From Eledone cirrhosa (lineage: Eukaryota), in the NCBI GenBank assembly GCA_964016885.1, contig OZ024763.1:5952001-6016000 (forward strand): a stretch of DNA of 64,000 bases. Direction: 5' to 3'. The translations under genes and the position numbers were made by a program. The notes beneath the pieces are model-generated. The model did no database searches, had not been told where the DNA came from, and saw only the letters and a list, made by a program, of their open reading frames with translations. Within the stretch, counting starts at the first letter, position 1. Each line of letters starts with the position of its first letter. Positions 1 to 13,945 of the stretch are shown piece after piece.

Positions 1-261
1 GACATGTATATAATGTGAAATGAAATTTTCAACCTACTCTCTCACAACCACTATATCTTTCTCTATTTATGAAGGTACCCGGAAAAACCCTGTATCTCGG
101 GAACCCGTGCTCCAATTTACACGAAACTTGTTTTATTCCATTTGTATTCCCATTTTAGGGGCAACTTCCTTTCAAAGTATTTTCCCATTCTGCACAGTTT
201 TGGCTGTAGTAAATTACAGACAATGACATAATCACATAGTTTTAGTAGTATATAGATAAAT

Positions 262-1144
262 GAGGGTGTTTGGAAAGTAATTGTGTTTTTCCAGAAAGGA
301 TGTAAAAACAAATATAAACTAGGTTCATCTGAATAATTTTAATCAAGAATGTAATCACCATCGTTTTCAATGACTGCAGCTCAATAGGAAGGCAATTTTT
401 TGATGCCATGTTCAAAGAAACATATTTCTTTTCCTGAAAAAAAGTCTCAAAGATTGTTTTCAACTTCCTCTCTGTTTCTGAATGTTTCACCCCTTATAAA
501 ATGCTCTAGTGATCGGAACAGATAGAAATCTGTGGATGCTAAGTCAGATGAGTATGGAGGATGTGGAAGATCTTCCCATCCTAATGATCTTAATTTTTCT
601 TGGATTTGTTTTGCAGAGTGTGCACATGCATAGTCTCAAGTATAAGCTCATGAGGAACCCAAATTCCCTCCTTGCACGTTTTCCTAATTTGCCTGAGATG
701 TTCATGGGTAGTTAACATCACACACTAAATTTATGCACAAAATCTCTGGTGCTTCGAAGTAGTCTCATGCAGAGTGGGCCGTCTTCCTGAGCGAGGCTTG
801 TCAGATATATCACAATAGTCATCATTAAATATTTTAAGCCACAGCTGGCATGTACAAGCTTTTACGGCATCAGGATACACTCCACAAATGTTTTTCAACG
901 CTTCCGTAGCAGTACTGCTCTTTAGAAACCCATACATTAAGTAATGACAAATATCTTGTTTCATAAAGTTCTTATCCTCTATGGGGTTAATTACCGAAAT
1001 AACTATGACACACTGCTGAATAGAAAGGTGATATACTGAACTATTTTAAACAGTTCCCACCCATTTGACCTTGGCTCTGACGGGATTGGTTGATTCATAT
1101 TTCATTGTGGTAAAAAAAAACACAATTATTTTCCAAACACCCTA
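262..1144 (-). mobile_element. Internally deleted, degenerate mariner (Tc1/mariner) DNA transposon with TIRs
   Basis: Inverted termini agggtgtttggaaagtaattgtgtttt (~263-289) and aaaacacaattattttccaaacaccct (~1117-1143). The minus strand encodes a mariner HTH fragment (ATEALKNICGVYPDAV…DKPRSGRRP, ORF 731-964) and HPPYSSDLASTDFYLFRSL (~500-560), matching the YSPDLAPSDY motif. Confidence 0.85.
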
Positions 1145-1637
1145 ATGTATTGGTTTTACTTGATTAACAAGTCTGATGAGCAGATTGGGCCACCATGGAC
1201 CTTGAGCCACTCATTTGTGAAACGGTTGTAACTGTGTATAATCAATAAAGACCTTAATGTGAAACCTCGTTTTATTCTTAATATATATATATATAAAACA
1301 CTCTATACTTTTACGTGAATTAGATATTCAGTGTAGTAAATGTGTATTAACGCTGGCATCTGTTTGTTATTGATGTAATATGCAGAATGTTTATATTAAG
1401 AAAAAGAGCTCTCAAAGTTTCAGTTTAACAAATTTTAATTGTAATCACACATAACACGTGTTTCACAAATAATTGGCTCAGAGACTTTATCAATTACAAT
1501 CAACTCTAGGATTCTGAGATCGGTTTGTTCAACAGATTAACAATAGTGCTATACCTTACTGTTAAGGTAGTGTTTATTAATTATCTAATTAGTAACGGCT
1601 CACCTTACTCTTAATTAACTAATTAGTACTGGCTTAC

Positions 1638-1829
1638 CTTACTATTAAGTTCTGCCACTTCTGTGACCTTCTGCTGCAGTTGCTGGTCACGCAGCTGCAA
1701 GTCTGCATGCAATCCTGCAATGTGTGTGCGGACACTATTTAGTTCAACATGTAAATCATGGATTTGTTCGGTCATCAAGTTCACCTTGCCTCCCTCATCT
1801 GGTTCACCTTCAGCAGCTTTACTTCCATC
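1638..1829 (-). CDS. BICDL1: BICD family-like cargo adaptor, last coding exon in window (DGSKAAEG…LQLRDQQLQQKVTEVAELNSK, 64 aa)
   Basis: Open 192-nt phase 0-0 exon with (gtt)n-gtcag acceptor and AAG|gtaagc donor. Heptad coiled-coil character; continues the frame of upstream exons. Confidence 0.8.
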
Positions 1830-1899
1830 CTGACAACAACAACAACAACAATAATGAGAGAAGAGCTACAAGTTACAGAAGAGAGCTTATATGTGTTTA

Positions 1900-2550
1900 G
1901 CTGATACCTGGGTATTTAGTAGCTCTACAAGGTGTACCTGAGTATTTAGTACCCTACACTAGCTCTACAAGGTGTACCTGAGTATTTAGTACCCTGGGTT
2001 AGCTCTACAATGTATACCTGGGTATTTAGTACCCTAAGTTAGCTCTACAATGTATACCTGGGTATTTAGTATCCTAAGTTAGCTCTACAATGTATACCTG
2101 GGTATTTAGTATCCTAAGTTATCTCTACAATGTATAGGTGGGTATTTAGTACCCTAGGTTAGCTCTACAATGTATACCTGGGTATTTAGTACCCTAAGTT
2201 AGCTCTACAATGTATACCTGGGTATTTAGTACCCTAAGTTAGCTCTACAATGTATACCTGGGTATTTAGTATCCTAAGTTAGCTCTACAATGTATACCTG
2301 GGTATTTAGTATCCTAAGTTTTCTCTACAATGTATAGGTGGGTAATTAGTACCCTAGGTTAGCTCTACAATGTATACCTGGGTATTTAGTACCCTAAGTT
2401 AGCTCTACAATGTATACCTGGGTATTTAGTACCCTGGGTTAGCTCTACAATGTATACCTGGGTATTTAGTATCCTAAGTTAGCTCTACAATGTATACCTG
2501 GGTATTTAGTATCCTAAGTTAGCTCTACAATGTATACCTGGGTATTTAGC
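1900..2550. repeat. 40-bp minisatellite, ~16 copies
   Basis: Unit agctctacaatgtatacctgggtatttagtaccctaagtt recurring every 40 nt. Confidence 0.95.
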
Positions 2551-2602
2551 ACACCTAAGCAGAGTGGTAAATCTGGCACTGCCCATATAGATGTATGCAT
2601 GT

Positions 2603-3580
<978 letters not shown>

Positions 3581-3789
3581 AACTCTGGTGCCAGTGCATT
3601 GATTCTTACCATTAAGTCAAAAAATTTTATCATTTTCCTAATATCTCCATTAAGAGACAATCGTGCCCAGGTTTCCTGAAATAAACGGACAACTTAAGAT
3701 TCTATAGAAATTCTAGTTAGAACTCAATTAAATCACTTTATTATTTGGCAGTTTTGTTTTATTAAAACTCCCATCAAGCTGCCGACCTA

Positions 3790-4230
3790 AGTTTCCAGCA
3801 TCACCACACCCTCATCAAAACACCTGTCCCCACCTTACACAAGTTTCCAGCATCACCACACCCTCATCAAAACACCTGTCCCCACCTTACACAAGTTTCC
3901 AGCATCACCATCCCCTCATCGAAACGCCTGTCCTCACTTTACACAAGTTTCCAGCATCACCATCCCCTCATCGAAACACCTGTCCCCACTTTACACAAGT
4001 TTCCAGCATCACCATCCCCTCATCGAAACACCTGTCCCCACTTTACACAAGTTTCCAGCATCACCATCCCCTCATCGAAACACCTATGTTCCCAACTTAC
4101 ACAAGTTCCCAGCTCCACCACCCCCTCATAGAAGGTCCTATGTTCCCAGCTCCACAAACCCTTCATCAAAGGTCCTATGTTCCCAGCTCCACAAACCCTT
4201 CATCAAAGGTCCTGCTTATACAACTTCCCA
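3790..4230. repeat. 52-bp minisatellite, ~6 copies plus degenerate tail
   Basis: gtttccagcatcacca recurs at ~3792, 3843, 3895, 3947, 3999 and 4051. Confidence 0.9.
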
Positions 4231-4509
4231 GTTTCACCACTTCCTCAACAAAAGTTGCATGTTGTCAAACTACCAAACCCCCTGAAACCACCCCTAGTTT
4301 TCTACAATACAAAACTGTTTATTTATCTAAAAACCTTCATCATAATTTTATGGAAGAACCTTGGTTAAGTTATGTTCCAAACCACCTGAGACCACCCTTG
4401 GTTTTCTATGATACAAAACTTTATTTTAAAGTCATTATATTTATCTAAAACAAAAATTTAACTAAATCTCACAGAAACCAGTTAATAATCTAAATACAAA
4501 CATTAATAA

Positions 4510-5318
4510 ATAGCATATCCCTGATAAATTCATGGATATATCTGTGATATAGTCATGGATATATCATGGTTATATCTATAGATATATCTATGATATATCC
4601 ATGAGATATCAATGATATATTCACATCATATCCTTGAGATATCTAACATATCTGTGTGATATCTATGGATATATCCATGCTATAGATATCTCATGGATAT
4701 ATCCATAACATACACATGAGATATCTATGGATATATCCACAAGATATCCATGACAATATTCATGTTTCCTAATGGAATATCGATGAGATATCTACGGATA
4801 CATCCATGACAATCTCCATGACTATATCCATGTTTTCCAATGAAATATCCATGAGCTATCTATGACTATATCCATGAGCTATTTATGGATATATTCATGA
4901 CAATATCCATGACTATATTCATGAGATATCTATGGATATATTCATGACAATCTCCATGACTATATCCATGTTTTCCAATGAAATATCCATGAGCTATCTA
5001 TGACTATATCCATGAGCTATCTATGGATATATTCATGACAATATCCATGACTATATTCATGAGATATCTATGGATATATTCATGACAATATCCATGAGAT
5101 ATCTATGGATATATCCATGACAATCTCCATGACTATATCCATGAGCTATCTATGGATATATTCATGACAATGTCCATGACTATATTCATGAGATATCTAT
5201 GGATATATTCATGACAATGTCCATGACTATATTCATGAGATATCTATGGTAATATCCATGACTATCCATGTTTCCCAGTGAAATATCCATGACTATATCT
5301 ATGGATATATCCATGTTT
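4510..5318. repeat. Degenerate minisatellite built from atatccatga / gatatctatgg subunits
   Basis: Recurrent near-palindromic 10-12 nt subunits with higher-order duplications. Confidence 0.85.
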
Positions 5319-5340
5319 TTCAGAGGAATACAAGACTTAC

Positions 5341-5577
5341 CTTATATTTTCCCAAGTATAACTGGTCATGGATGAGATGTTGTAGATCATGTAGAAGTGA
5401 TCGTAGTTGGCCAGCCTTGAGGTCGTTGATGGAGTTACAGTTGTCTTCTGTAGGATCTACTGAGTCTCCATCACTGCCCCCTCCAATACATCCTATGGCC
5501 TTCATCTGCTTGTTGGACCGTAGTCTACTACATAATTTATGGAGCAGGTTGTATACGTCAAGAATCTCATTCAGAAA
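5341..5577 (-). CDS. BICDL1: BICD family-like cargo adaptor exon (FLNEILDVYNLLHKLCSRLRSN…NDLKAGQLRSLLHDLQHLIHDQLYLGKYK, 79 aa)
   Basis: 237-nt phase 0-0 exon with T-rich tttctag acceptor and AAG|gtaagt donor. Resembles the vertebrate BICDL1 LCSHLRGN…AGSLRTALNELKRLI segment (recalled from memory, not aligned). Confidence 0.85.
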
Positions 5578-5619
5578 CTAGAAAAACAAAAATAAAAATA
5601 AAAATTAATTTAAAATAAC

Positions 5620-6020
5620 AGAGGATTGGCAGAATCAGTAGAGCGTCGAACAAAATGCTTTGCAGTATTTAGTTAGCCCTTTACATTCTGAATTAAAATC
5701 TTGCTGAGGTTAGCTTTGGCTTTTATCCTTACAGGGTCGATAAAATAAAGTACCAGTAATGCACTGGGGTTGATTTAATCGACTTTCCCACCCCAGGAAA
5801 AAATTGTTGACCTTGTGCCTAAATGAGAACCCATTATTATTATTATTATTATTATTATGTCGGATGCCATGCTTTGGCGCATAGAGTTACGGCCCTTGCC
5901 ATTCTGAGTTCAAATCCCGCCGAGGTTGACTTTGCCTTTCATCCTTACGGGGTCGATAAAATAAAGTACCAGTAATGCACTGGGTAATTGCTGGCCTTGT
6001 GCCTAAAGTAGAGACAATTA
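5620..6020 (+). mobile_element. Two adjacent tRNA-like SINE copies
   Basis: gagttcaaatcccgccgagg B-box-like motif and gataaaataaagtaccagt body with (ATT)n tails. The same family recurs at ~20370-20550, 26695-26895 and 62305-62490. Confidence 0.75.
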
Positions 6021-6287
6021 TTATTATTATTAATTTGATATCTCAGACATTGGTGTTATTTCACCAGAACATTTACCAAAATGAACATCAAGCCGCTACC
6101 CACAGCCTCAGATATTCTGGATGTATCAGAGGGTCTTTGCTATTCCCTGGAGGTATGTCTTTTGAAGTGTTCCAAAAGAGGTCGCTGGGATAATGTTCTT
6201 TAGCTAGCCTTGGAAACTCTTTGAGATAATACCTAGTGCCCCTGTGATGCTGGGGATGACCTTGATCTCATGATAGCATAAAGACAA

Positions 6288-7578
6288 CAGGTATACACAG
6301 GGATACAGTGTACCTATTGTAACCCAGATATACACAGGGATACAGTGTACCTATTGTAACCCAGATATACACAGGGATACAGTGTACCTATTGTAGACCA
6401 GGTATACACAGGGATACAGTGTACCTATTGTAACCCAGATATATACAGGGATACAGTGTACCTATTGTAACCCAGATATACACAGGGATACAGTGTACCT
6501 ATTGTAGACCAGGTATACACAGGGATACAGTGTACCTATTGTAACCCAGATATATACAGGGATACAGTGTACCTATTGTAACCCAGATATACACAGTGAT
6601 ACAGTGTACCTATTGTAGACCAGGTATACACAGGGATACAGTGTACCTATTGTAACCCAGATATATACAGGGATACAGTGTACCTATTGTAACCCAGGTA
6701 TACACAGGGATACAGTGTACCTATTGTAGACCAGGTATACACAGGGATACAGTGTACCTATTGTAACCCAGATATATACAGGGATACAGTGTACCTATTG
6801 TAACCCAGGTATACACAGGGATACAGTGTACCTATTGTAACCCAGATATATACAGGGATACAGTGTACCTATTGTAACCCAGGTATACACAGGGATACAG
6901 TGTACCTATTGTAACCCAGATATATACAGGGATACAGTGTACCTATTGTAACCCAGATATATACAGGGATACAGTGTACCTATTGTAAACCTGATACACA
7001 CAGGGATACAGTGTACCTATTGTAAACCAGATATATACAGGGATACAGTGTACCTATTGTAAACCAGATATACACAGGGATACAGTGTACCTATTGTAAA
7101 CCTGATACACACAGGGATACAGTGTACCTATTGTAAACCAGGTATACACAGGGATATAGTGTACCTATTGTAACCCAGATATATACAGGGATACAGTGTA
7201 CCTATTGTAACCCAGATATATACAGGGATACAGTGTACCTATTGTAACCCAGATATATACAGGGATACAGTGTACCTATTGTAACCCAGGTATACACAGG
7301 GATACAGTATACCTATTGTAACCCAGATATACACAGGGATACAGTGTACCTATTGTAACCCAGATATATACAGGGATACAGTGTACCTATTGTAACCCAG
7401 ATATATACAGGGATACAGTGTACCTATTGTAACCCAGATATACACAGGGATACAGTGTACCTATTGTAACCCAGATATACACAGGGATACAGTGTACCTA
7501 TTGTAACCCAGATATATACAGGGATACAGTGTACCTATTGTAACCCAGATATATACAGGGATACAGTGTACCTATTGT
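6288..7578. repeat. 37-bp minisatellite, ~35 copies
   Basis: Highly homogeneous unit gatatacacagggatacagtgtacctattgtaaccca. Confidence 0.95.
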
Positions 7579-8059
7579 TATTGTTTCTATTGTAATTTTT
7601 ATTGTTGCTGCTGTTGTTATTGTTGCTGTTGTTGATTATGTTGTAGTTGTTATTGTTGTTGCTGTTATTGTTGTTGCTGTTATTGTTTATAGAGGTAGAA
7701 ATATTGTTTAAGATGATAAAACTACAAAAATATAGAAAACAATTCTCTCATATTCTTTTTACCTGATTTATTTTTTATTTTATTATTTATTTATTTTTGT
7801 TATTTATTATCAATATTTATTTATTTATTTTTGTTATTTATTATCAATATTTATTTATTTATTTTTTATTATTTATTTATTTTTGTTATTTATTATCAAT
7901 ATTTATTTATTTATTTTTTGTTATTCATTTATTTTTGCAGCAAGAATGTCCAGGAATTCCGCGATGGCCGCTTATTTTGGCAGAAATCCAATTTTGTTTC
8001 TTAAGAACTGGTTTATAGGAGATAAACAGTTGAGGTGTGTTGATTAATGCTTGGTCATG

Positions 8060-8634
8060 GCCATCACCACCACCATCACCACCACCACCACCACCATCAC
8101 CACCATCACCACCACCACCACCACCACCACCAATCACCACCACCATCACCACCACCACCATCACCACCATCACCACCACCACCATCACCATCACCATTTA
8201 TTGAGGTGTTCCCCAGCAATACTGCTACTACAAATACTACCATCACTACTACTACTACTACCACCACCAACACTGCTACTGTCGCTACTACTACTACCAC
8301 CACCAACACTGCCGCTACTACTACTACTACCACCACTACTACTGCCGCTACTACTACTACTACTACTACTACTATTACCACCACCACCACCACTGCTACT
8401 GCCGCTACTACTACTACTACTACTACCACCACTGCTACTGCCGCTACTACTACTACCACCACCAACACCACCACTGCCGCTACTACTACTACCACCACCA
8501 CCACCACTGCCGCTACTACTACTACCACCACCACCAAACACTGCCGCTACTACTACTACTACTACCACCACCACCACCACCACCACCACTGCCGCAAACT
8601 ACTACTACTACTACTACCACCACCAACACTGCCG

Positions 8635-8665
<31 letters not shown>

Positions 8666-8750
8666 CACCACCACCAACACTGCTACTGTCGCTACTACTA
8701 CTACTACCACCAGCAATACTACTACTACTACTACGACAACAACAACAAGC
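8060..8750. repeat. (CAC)n/(CTA)n trinucleotide low-complexity tract
   Basis: Simple repeats that explain the His/Thr-rich pseudo-ORFs. Confidence 0.9.
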
Positions 8751-8768
8751 GGTATAGATGATACATAC

Positions 8769-8945
8769 CTCGTCAGAAAGGTTGGGGTGCGGTGTCCCAG
8801 CAGTGTGATGAGACTGTGCATTAGTTGCCATTGTGGAGTTAGCTAGAGGAATGGGTGAGCATTCATCATCGCATTCAATATCATCTTCAAATGTCATATT
8901 CATCATCATCATAGACTGAGGGGTTAAATTGGTCAGTACTTCCGG
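8769..8945 (-). CDS. BICDL1: BICD family-like cargo adaptor linker exon (PEVLTNLTPQSMMMMNMTFEDDIECDDECS…PNLSDE, 59 aa)
   Basis: 177-nt phase 0-0 exon with gtgttgtttcag acceptor and GAG|gtatgt donor. It is a unique-sequence island between two repeat tracts. Confidence 0.75.
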
Positions 8946-8972
8946 CTGAAACAACACAGACATTACAGTAGA

Positions 8973-9463
8973 GGTCAAGGATTAGACCAGAGTTATGGTG
9001 TGGTCAAGGGTTAGACCAGAGTTATGGTGTGGTCAATGGTTAGACCAGTTATGATGGGGGTCAAGAGTTAGACACAGTTATGATGGGGGTCATGGGTTAG
9101 ACCAGTTATGATGGGGGTCAAGAGTTAGACACAGTTATGGTGTGGTCAAGAGTTAGACCAGAGTTATGATGTGGTCAAGGGTTAGACCAGAGTTATGATG
9201 AGGTCAAGAGTTAGACACAGTTATGGTGTGGTCAAGAGTTAGACCAGAGTTATGATGTGGTCAAGGGTTAGACCAGAGTTATGATGAGGTCAAGAGTTAG
9301 ACACAGTTATGGTGTGGTCAAGAGTTAGACACAGTTATGGTGTGGTCAAGGGTTAGACCAGAGTTATGGTGTGGTCAAGAGTTAGACACAGTTATGATGT
9401 GGTCAAGGGTTAGACCAGTTATGATGTGGTCAAGGGTTAGACCAGTTATGATGTGGTCAAGGT
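8973..9463. repeat. 27-29-bp minisatellite
   Basis: Unit ggtcaagggttagaccagagttatgatgt, ~17 copies. Confidence 0.9.
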
Positions 9464-9556
9464 TTGTCAATGTCTTGTCCTTCCTAAATGGAGTTAAATG
9501 ATGAAACATGTCAATGACAACAGAATTGTGAAATGTGGACAAAAGATATATATATA

Positions 9557-10195
9557 CTAGCTGAATAGCCCATCGTTGCTGGGCAATTATCACAATAGTA
9601 TGCCTTTATTTCAATTTGTTTTTATTCCAAGTCAGACGATGTCTTCCCTGAAGGATATTCCCCTTGATGAGGACGGATTTCTTTATTAATTGGGTCAATT
9701 TATAATATTTGTATAAACAATGTTTGTTGTTTTTCTATCTGGGGCAAAGATGTAAAGATTTGTCTGACTTCCTATCTTGAACACATCCAACGTACAGCTG
9801 ACCATAGGTGAAGCGGGGCTCTTCTACGTGTAAACCGGCGACCTAAAATATTTGTCCTGGTGATTTGTTGAGGGTCATAGCAAAACTAAGGCTCAGTGGA
9901 AATTGAAGTCATTTGAATTGAAATGAAACATCAGTGGAGATAAGAGGAATTCTTGGAATGAACACATCCTCTCCCCTACCACATCCTGTTGAAATGGTGG
10001 CTTGAATCACGTGTGGATATATATTTTTTGCAACCAATCAAGTGCCGTTGCAGAGCCTTGGTTGGTTCAAATTCCTCAATAACATGATGGGTTCCTTCTT
10101 TAAGGTGAAGTACATGTGGAGGCATTCCTGATGGTTCTAAAGAGTTAAGGAACTCTGTCAAGTAATAGACAGCCTGCGACTGTTCCACAAGTGTC
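9557..10195 (-). mobile_element. Helitron 3' fragment with decayed PIF1-type helicase C-terminus
   Basis: The minus strand reads EFLNSLEPSGMPPHVLHLK, IMLLRNLNQPRLCNGT, VFIPRIPLI, FAMTLNKSPGQ and GQLYV with stops and frameshifts. It ends in a gccc…gggc hairpin followed by CTAG|T at 9560-9557. Confidence 0.9.
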
Positions 10196-11429
10196 GACGC
10201 ATATTTCTCCCTTTTTATCAGGTCCATATTCGCACATGCCTTTCACTATATAAACTTACACTCACACACACACACATACATACATCTACCACTAAGCACA
10301 CTTACACTCACGCACACACATACATACATGTACCACTAAGCACACTTACATTCACGCACACCCATACATACATCTACCGCTAAGCACACTTACACTCACG
10401 CACACACATACATCTACCACTAAGCACACTTACACTCACGCACACACATACATACATCTACCGCTAAGCACACTTACATTCATGCACACACATGCATATA
10501 TCAAACACTTTTTCTCAACGCACACTCTCGAAATTTTAACATCTTTCATTACATTTAAATTAAATCTGCCATCCTAACAACAACTCATCTCCAACCGACC
10601 TTTTAAGGCCTTCACAGGGACACTCCTTGATAAGGGGTTTTTAAACCCAAAAATATTTGAGATTATTAAATTTGCTAAGGTAAAATTCTATCGTTATCTT
10701 GGCACCTTTAATTTTCTAATGCATTGTATGGCTTTTAAAATTATTTAAATTTATATTTTCTATTCAACAATGCTTCAAGCAAACTACAACATGTGTGTGT
10801 GTGCGTGTGTGTGTGTGTGCGTGTGTGTGGGTGTGTGCGTGCGTGCACATATATATATATGTGTGTGTGTTATAGAGCAATTCACTTTACTTACATCTTT
10901 GTTAATAGAATATATAATTTGAATAAAGTTGAAATATGTGTAGTGTCGGTGGTAGTGTTTGGAAGGAGGTCACTGGGTGTTGTGGTGATCTGTAGTGGTT
11001 TAGACAGGAAATTAAGTTACAATAGTGGGGGTGGAGAAGCAGTTTAGTGAAACTTTATAGCAGCCCCCCAAACATGACAACAACAACAACACATAAACCA
11101 AAATCATTCACAGCTGACAGATGCAAGTGTAGAAATAAAGAAACATGGGTGCACTCAACCAAAGTTGTAACATGAACCCATCAACAACAATAATATAAAG
11201 ACTGACACAAAATAAAAATACTATATCAGAATGGTAAAAAGAAAACTTAAACAAAGACACACAAACTACACTGCTTCCTACACAAACAAAGATAAAATTA
11301 AACAACACCACTGTCCAACTACATTTGGTGACTAAAAGAAAACAACATTGAATATAACAAAGTGGAAGATCTGAGAACAACGCAAACCGTATATCAATGA
11401 CATGAGATGCTGTAAGTTACACACAGTCT

Positions 11430-11710
11430 AAGTCTAAAGTCTGTCTCGAGTATGGAGGCTTATCCAACTGTGTTTATCCTAGTTTCAATGGTGTTAAGTG
11501 ACTAAGAGTACAACACTTCCGCTGGACAGAACACCAGTCCATCACAGGGTTAAACTCACCAACAATTGTCGCTGGTACACACTATTTTCAGCTGAACATA
11601 CTGAAGCAACATGAAATGAAGTGATTTGTTCAAGAAAACAACACACAACCCAGTCCAGGAACCAAACCCATGACATTAGGATCTTAAGTCCAACACCCTT
11701 ACCACTAGGT
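11430..11710 (-). mobile_element. tRNA-like SINE copy
   Basis: Same family as 13383-13690, 20612-20880 and 39855-40130. Confidence 0.7.
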
Positions 11711-12043
11711 TACAGACCATCATGCCGCAGATGAAAAAAAAAGGCCAATAAACTACAATAAAGAATGGTTTAAAAACCTCAAAGAAATACCTGAGTACTT
11801 AGGCTGAACTTCTTGTAAAATGCTGTCACTTTCACAAATATTTATCAAAGACCTGGTGCCAAATAACAACACCAAATGAGATGAAGTGAGATTAGATCAA
11901 GACCTTCAAAGATCTTCACTATAAATATATATAACCTATTTAGATATCTTTATCTTTTTTGCAGCTAGCCCGCACCACCTCTTCCCAGCAGTGGCGCTGT
12001 ACATGACTGATAGAACTTTCCAACCTCTGCAACTCAAAATCTA

Positions 12044-12046
12044 GTG

Positions 12047-12115
<69 letters not shown>

Positions 12116-12210
12116 ATTTATATATATATTTATATTTATATATATTTATATATATTTATATTTATATTTATATATATTTATATATATATATATTTATATT
12201 TATATATATT

Positions 12211-12241
<31 letters not shown>

Positions 12242-12422
12242 ATATATATTTATATTTATATATATATATATTTATATTTATATATATTTATATTTATATA
12301 TATTTATATTTATATATATTTATATATATATATATTTATATATATTTATATTTATATATATATATATTTATATATACATATATATATTTATATATATATA
12401 TATATTTATATATACATATATA

Positions 12423-12465
<43 letters not shown>

Positions 12466-12466
12466 T

Positions 12467-12497
<31 letters not shown>

Positions 12498-12568
12498 ATA
12501 TTTATATACATATATATATATATATATATATTTATATACATATATATATTTATATACATATATATATT

Positions 12569-12599
<31 letters not shown>

Positions 12600-12602
12600 A
12601 TT
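12044..12602. repeat. (TA)n/(TTTA) compound microsatellite
   Basis: Directly visible. Confidence 0.95.
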
Positions 12603-12780
12603 TAATTATGTAATAAACAAGACAATATAATTATTCCATTACTCAAGGTTTCACAAAGTCAGACGATTCTAACAAAGATTCCTCCTGATGAGCGACACCA
12701 GACGTTTCTGTTACAATCGTCTAACTTTGTGAAACTTTGGGTACTGGAATAATTATATTGTGTTGTTTATTATATAATTA
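12603..12780. repeat. Inverted repeat, ~72-bp arms
   Basis: 12603-12674 is the imperfect reverse complement of 12709-12780. The loop contains ctgatgag. Confidence 0.85.
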
Positions 12781-13399
12781 AATAGCTCTGTACTATACAT
12801 AGAGCACTCTTCTTTCCTTCACCTTTTCCAAGGAAATACTTAAGATATATATAACTTATCTGACTGGAATTATGAATAACTCTCATTAATTCAAAAAGAG
12901 TAGAAAACATTGTTTAATTCTTTCATAAAATATTTATATTTATAGCAGGGAGAGAATCCCCCCACCACCACCACCACTGACTAATCCTATGGAAAGACAC
13001 TGCACCCTATGGTTATCAAATCCTTTTGAAAAATAATTGAGAATTTGAAGGGATTTAGTTATAAACTAACTTTTTCATTATTAAGGCTGGTATCTGGAAC
13101 ATAAAGGTTCTTAACATAAAATTATGAGGGAAGGGTTTTCAGATAAATATAAACAATTTAACCCTTTCATTACCATATTTCCAGTGAAGGATACTCGTTT
13201 TTAAATAATTTTGAAACTAATCAAGAATTTGTGAGGTATCTAGTAACATAATGTTCTTAATATCAAGTTGATGTTCTTAATATCAACATAATGTTCTTAA
13301 TATCAACTAAAATTATGATCGGAGGTTTTTAGATAAATATAAAAACACTTTAAAATAAACAGTTTTTGTATCCCAGAACCAGAGTCAGTTTCAGGCAGT

Positions 13400-13945
13400 T
13401 TGATATCTAAAGTCTGTCTTAAGCCAGAAGGCTTGTTAGGCCAGTACTTATCCCGGTTTCGTGGTGTGAAGTGCTTGAAAGTACAAAACTCGCCCCTGAC
13501 AGGACACCAGTCCATCACAGGGTTAAATCCCCAGCTATTGCCGGTACTCATTTTCAGCTGGGTACACTGGAGCAGCATGAAATGAAGTGTTTTCATCAAG
13601 AACACAACACACAATGTAGTCCAGGAATGAAGCTCACGACATTATGATCGTAAGTCTAACACCCTTGCAACTAAACCACACACCTCCACAATGGAGGCAC
13701 ATGGCCTAGTGGTAAGAGTGTTGGACTTGCAATTATAATGTCGTGGGTTCGATTCCTGGACTGGGCTCCAGTATATTCAACTGAAAATGAGTACCAGCAT
13801 TAGTGGAGGGAGGGTTAACCCTGCGATGGACTTGCGTCCTCTCCAGGGGGAAGTATTGTACTCTCAGTTGCTTAACAACATGGAAACTGGGATAAGCACT
13901 GGTCTGCTGAGCCTTCTGGGCTTGAGACAAACTTTAGACTAAGTT
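13400..13945. mobile_element. Head-to-head pair of same-family tRNA-like SINEs
   Basis: Minus copy at ~13400-13690. Plus copy at ~13695-13945 starts ggcacatggcctagtggtaagag…ggttcgattcc (A/B-box-like). Confidence 0.75.

Noticed and set aside
6075-6275. Possible restriction-endonuclease-type LINE 3' fragment (VIPSITGALG)
   Set aside because: Too short and degenerate to support without a search.
8047-8761. His/Thr/Pro-rich mucin-like ORFs (also 31881-33036 and 55506-56399)
   Set aside because: Trinucleotide microsatellites with all frames open and no splice or codon evidence.
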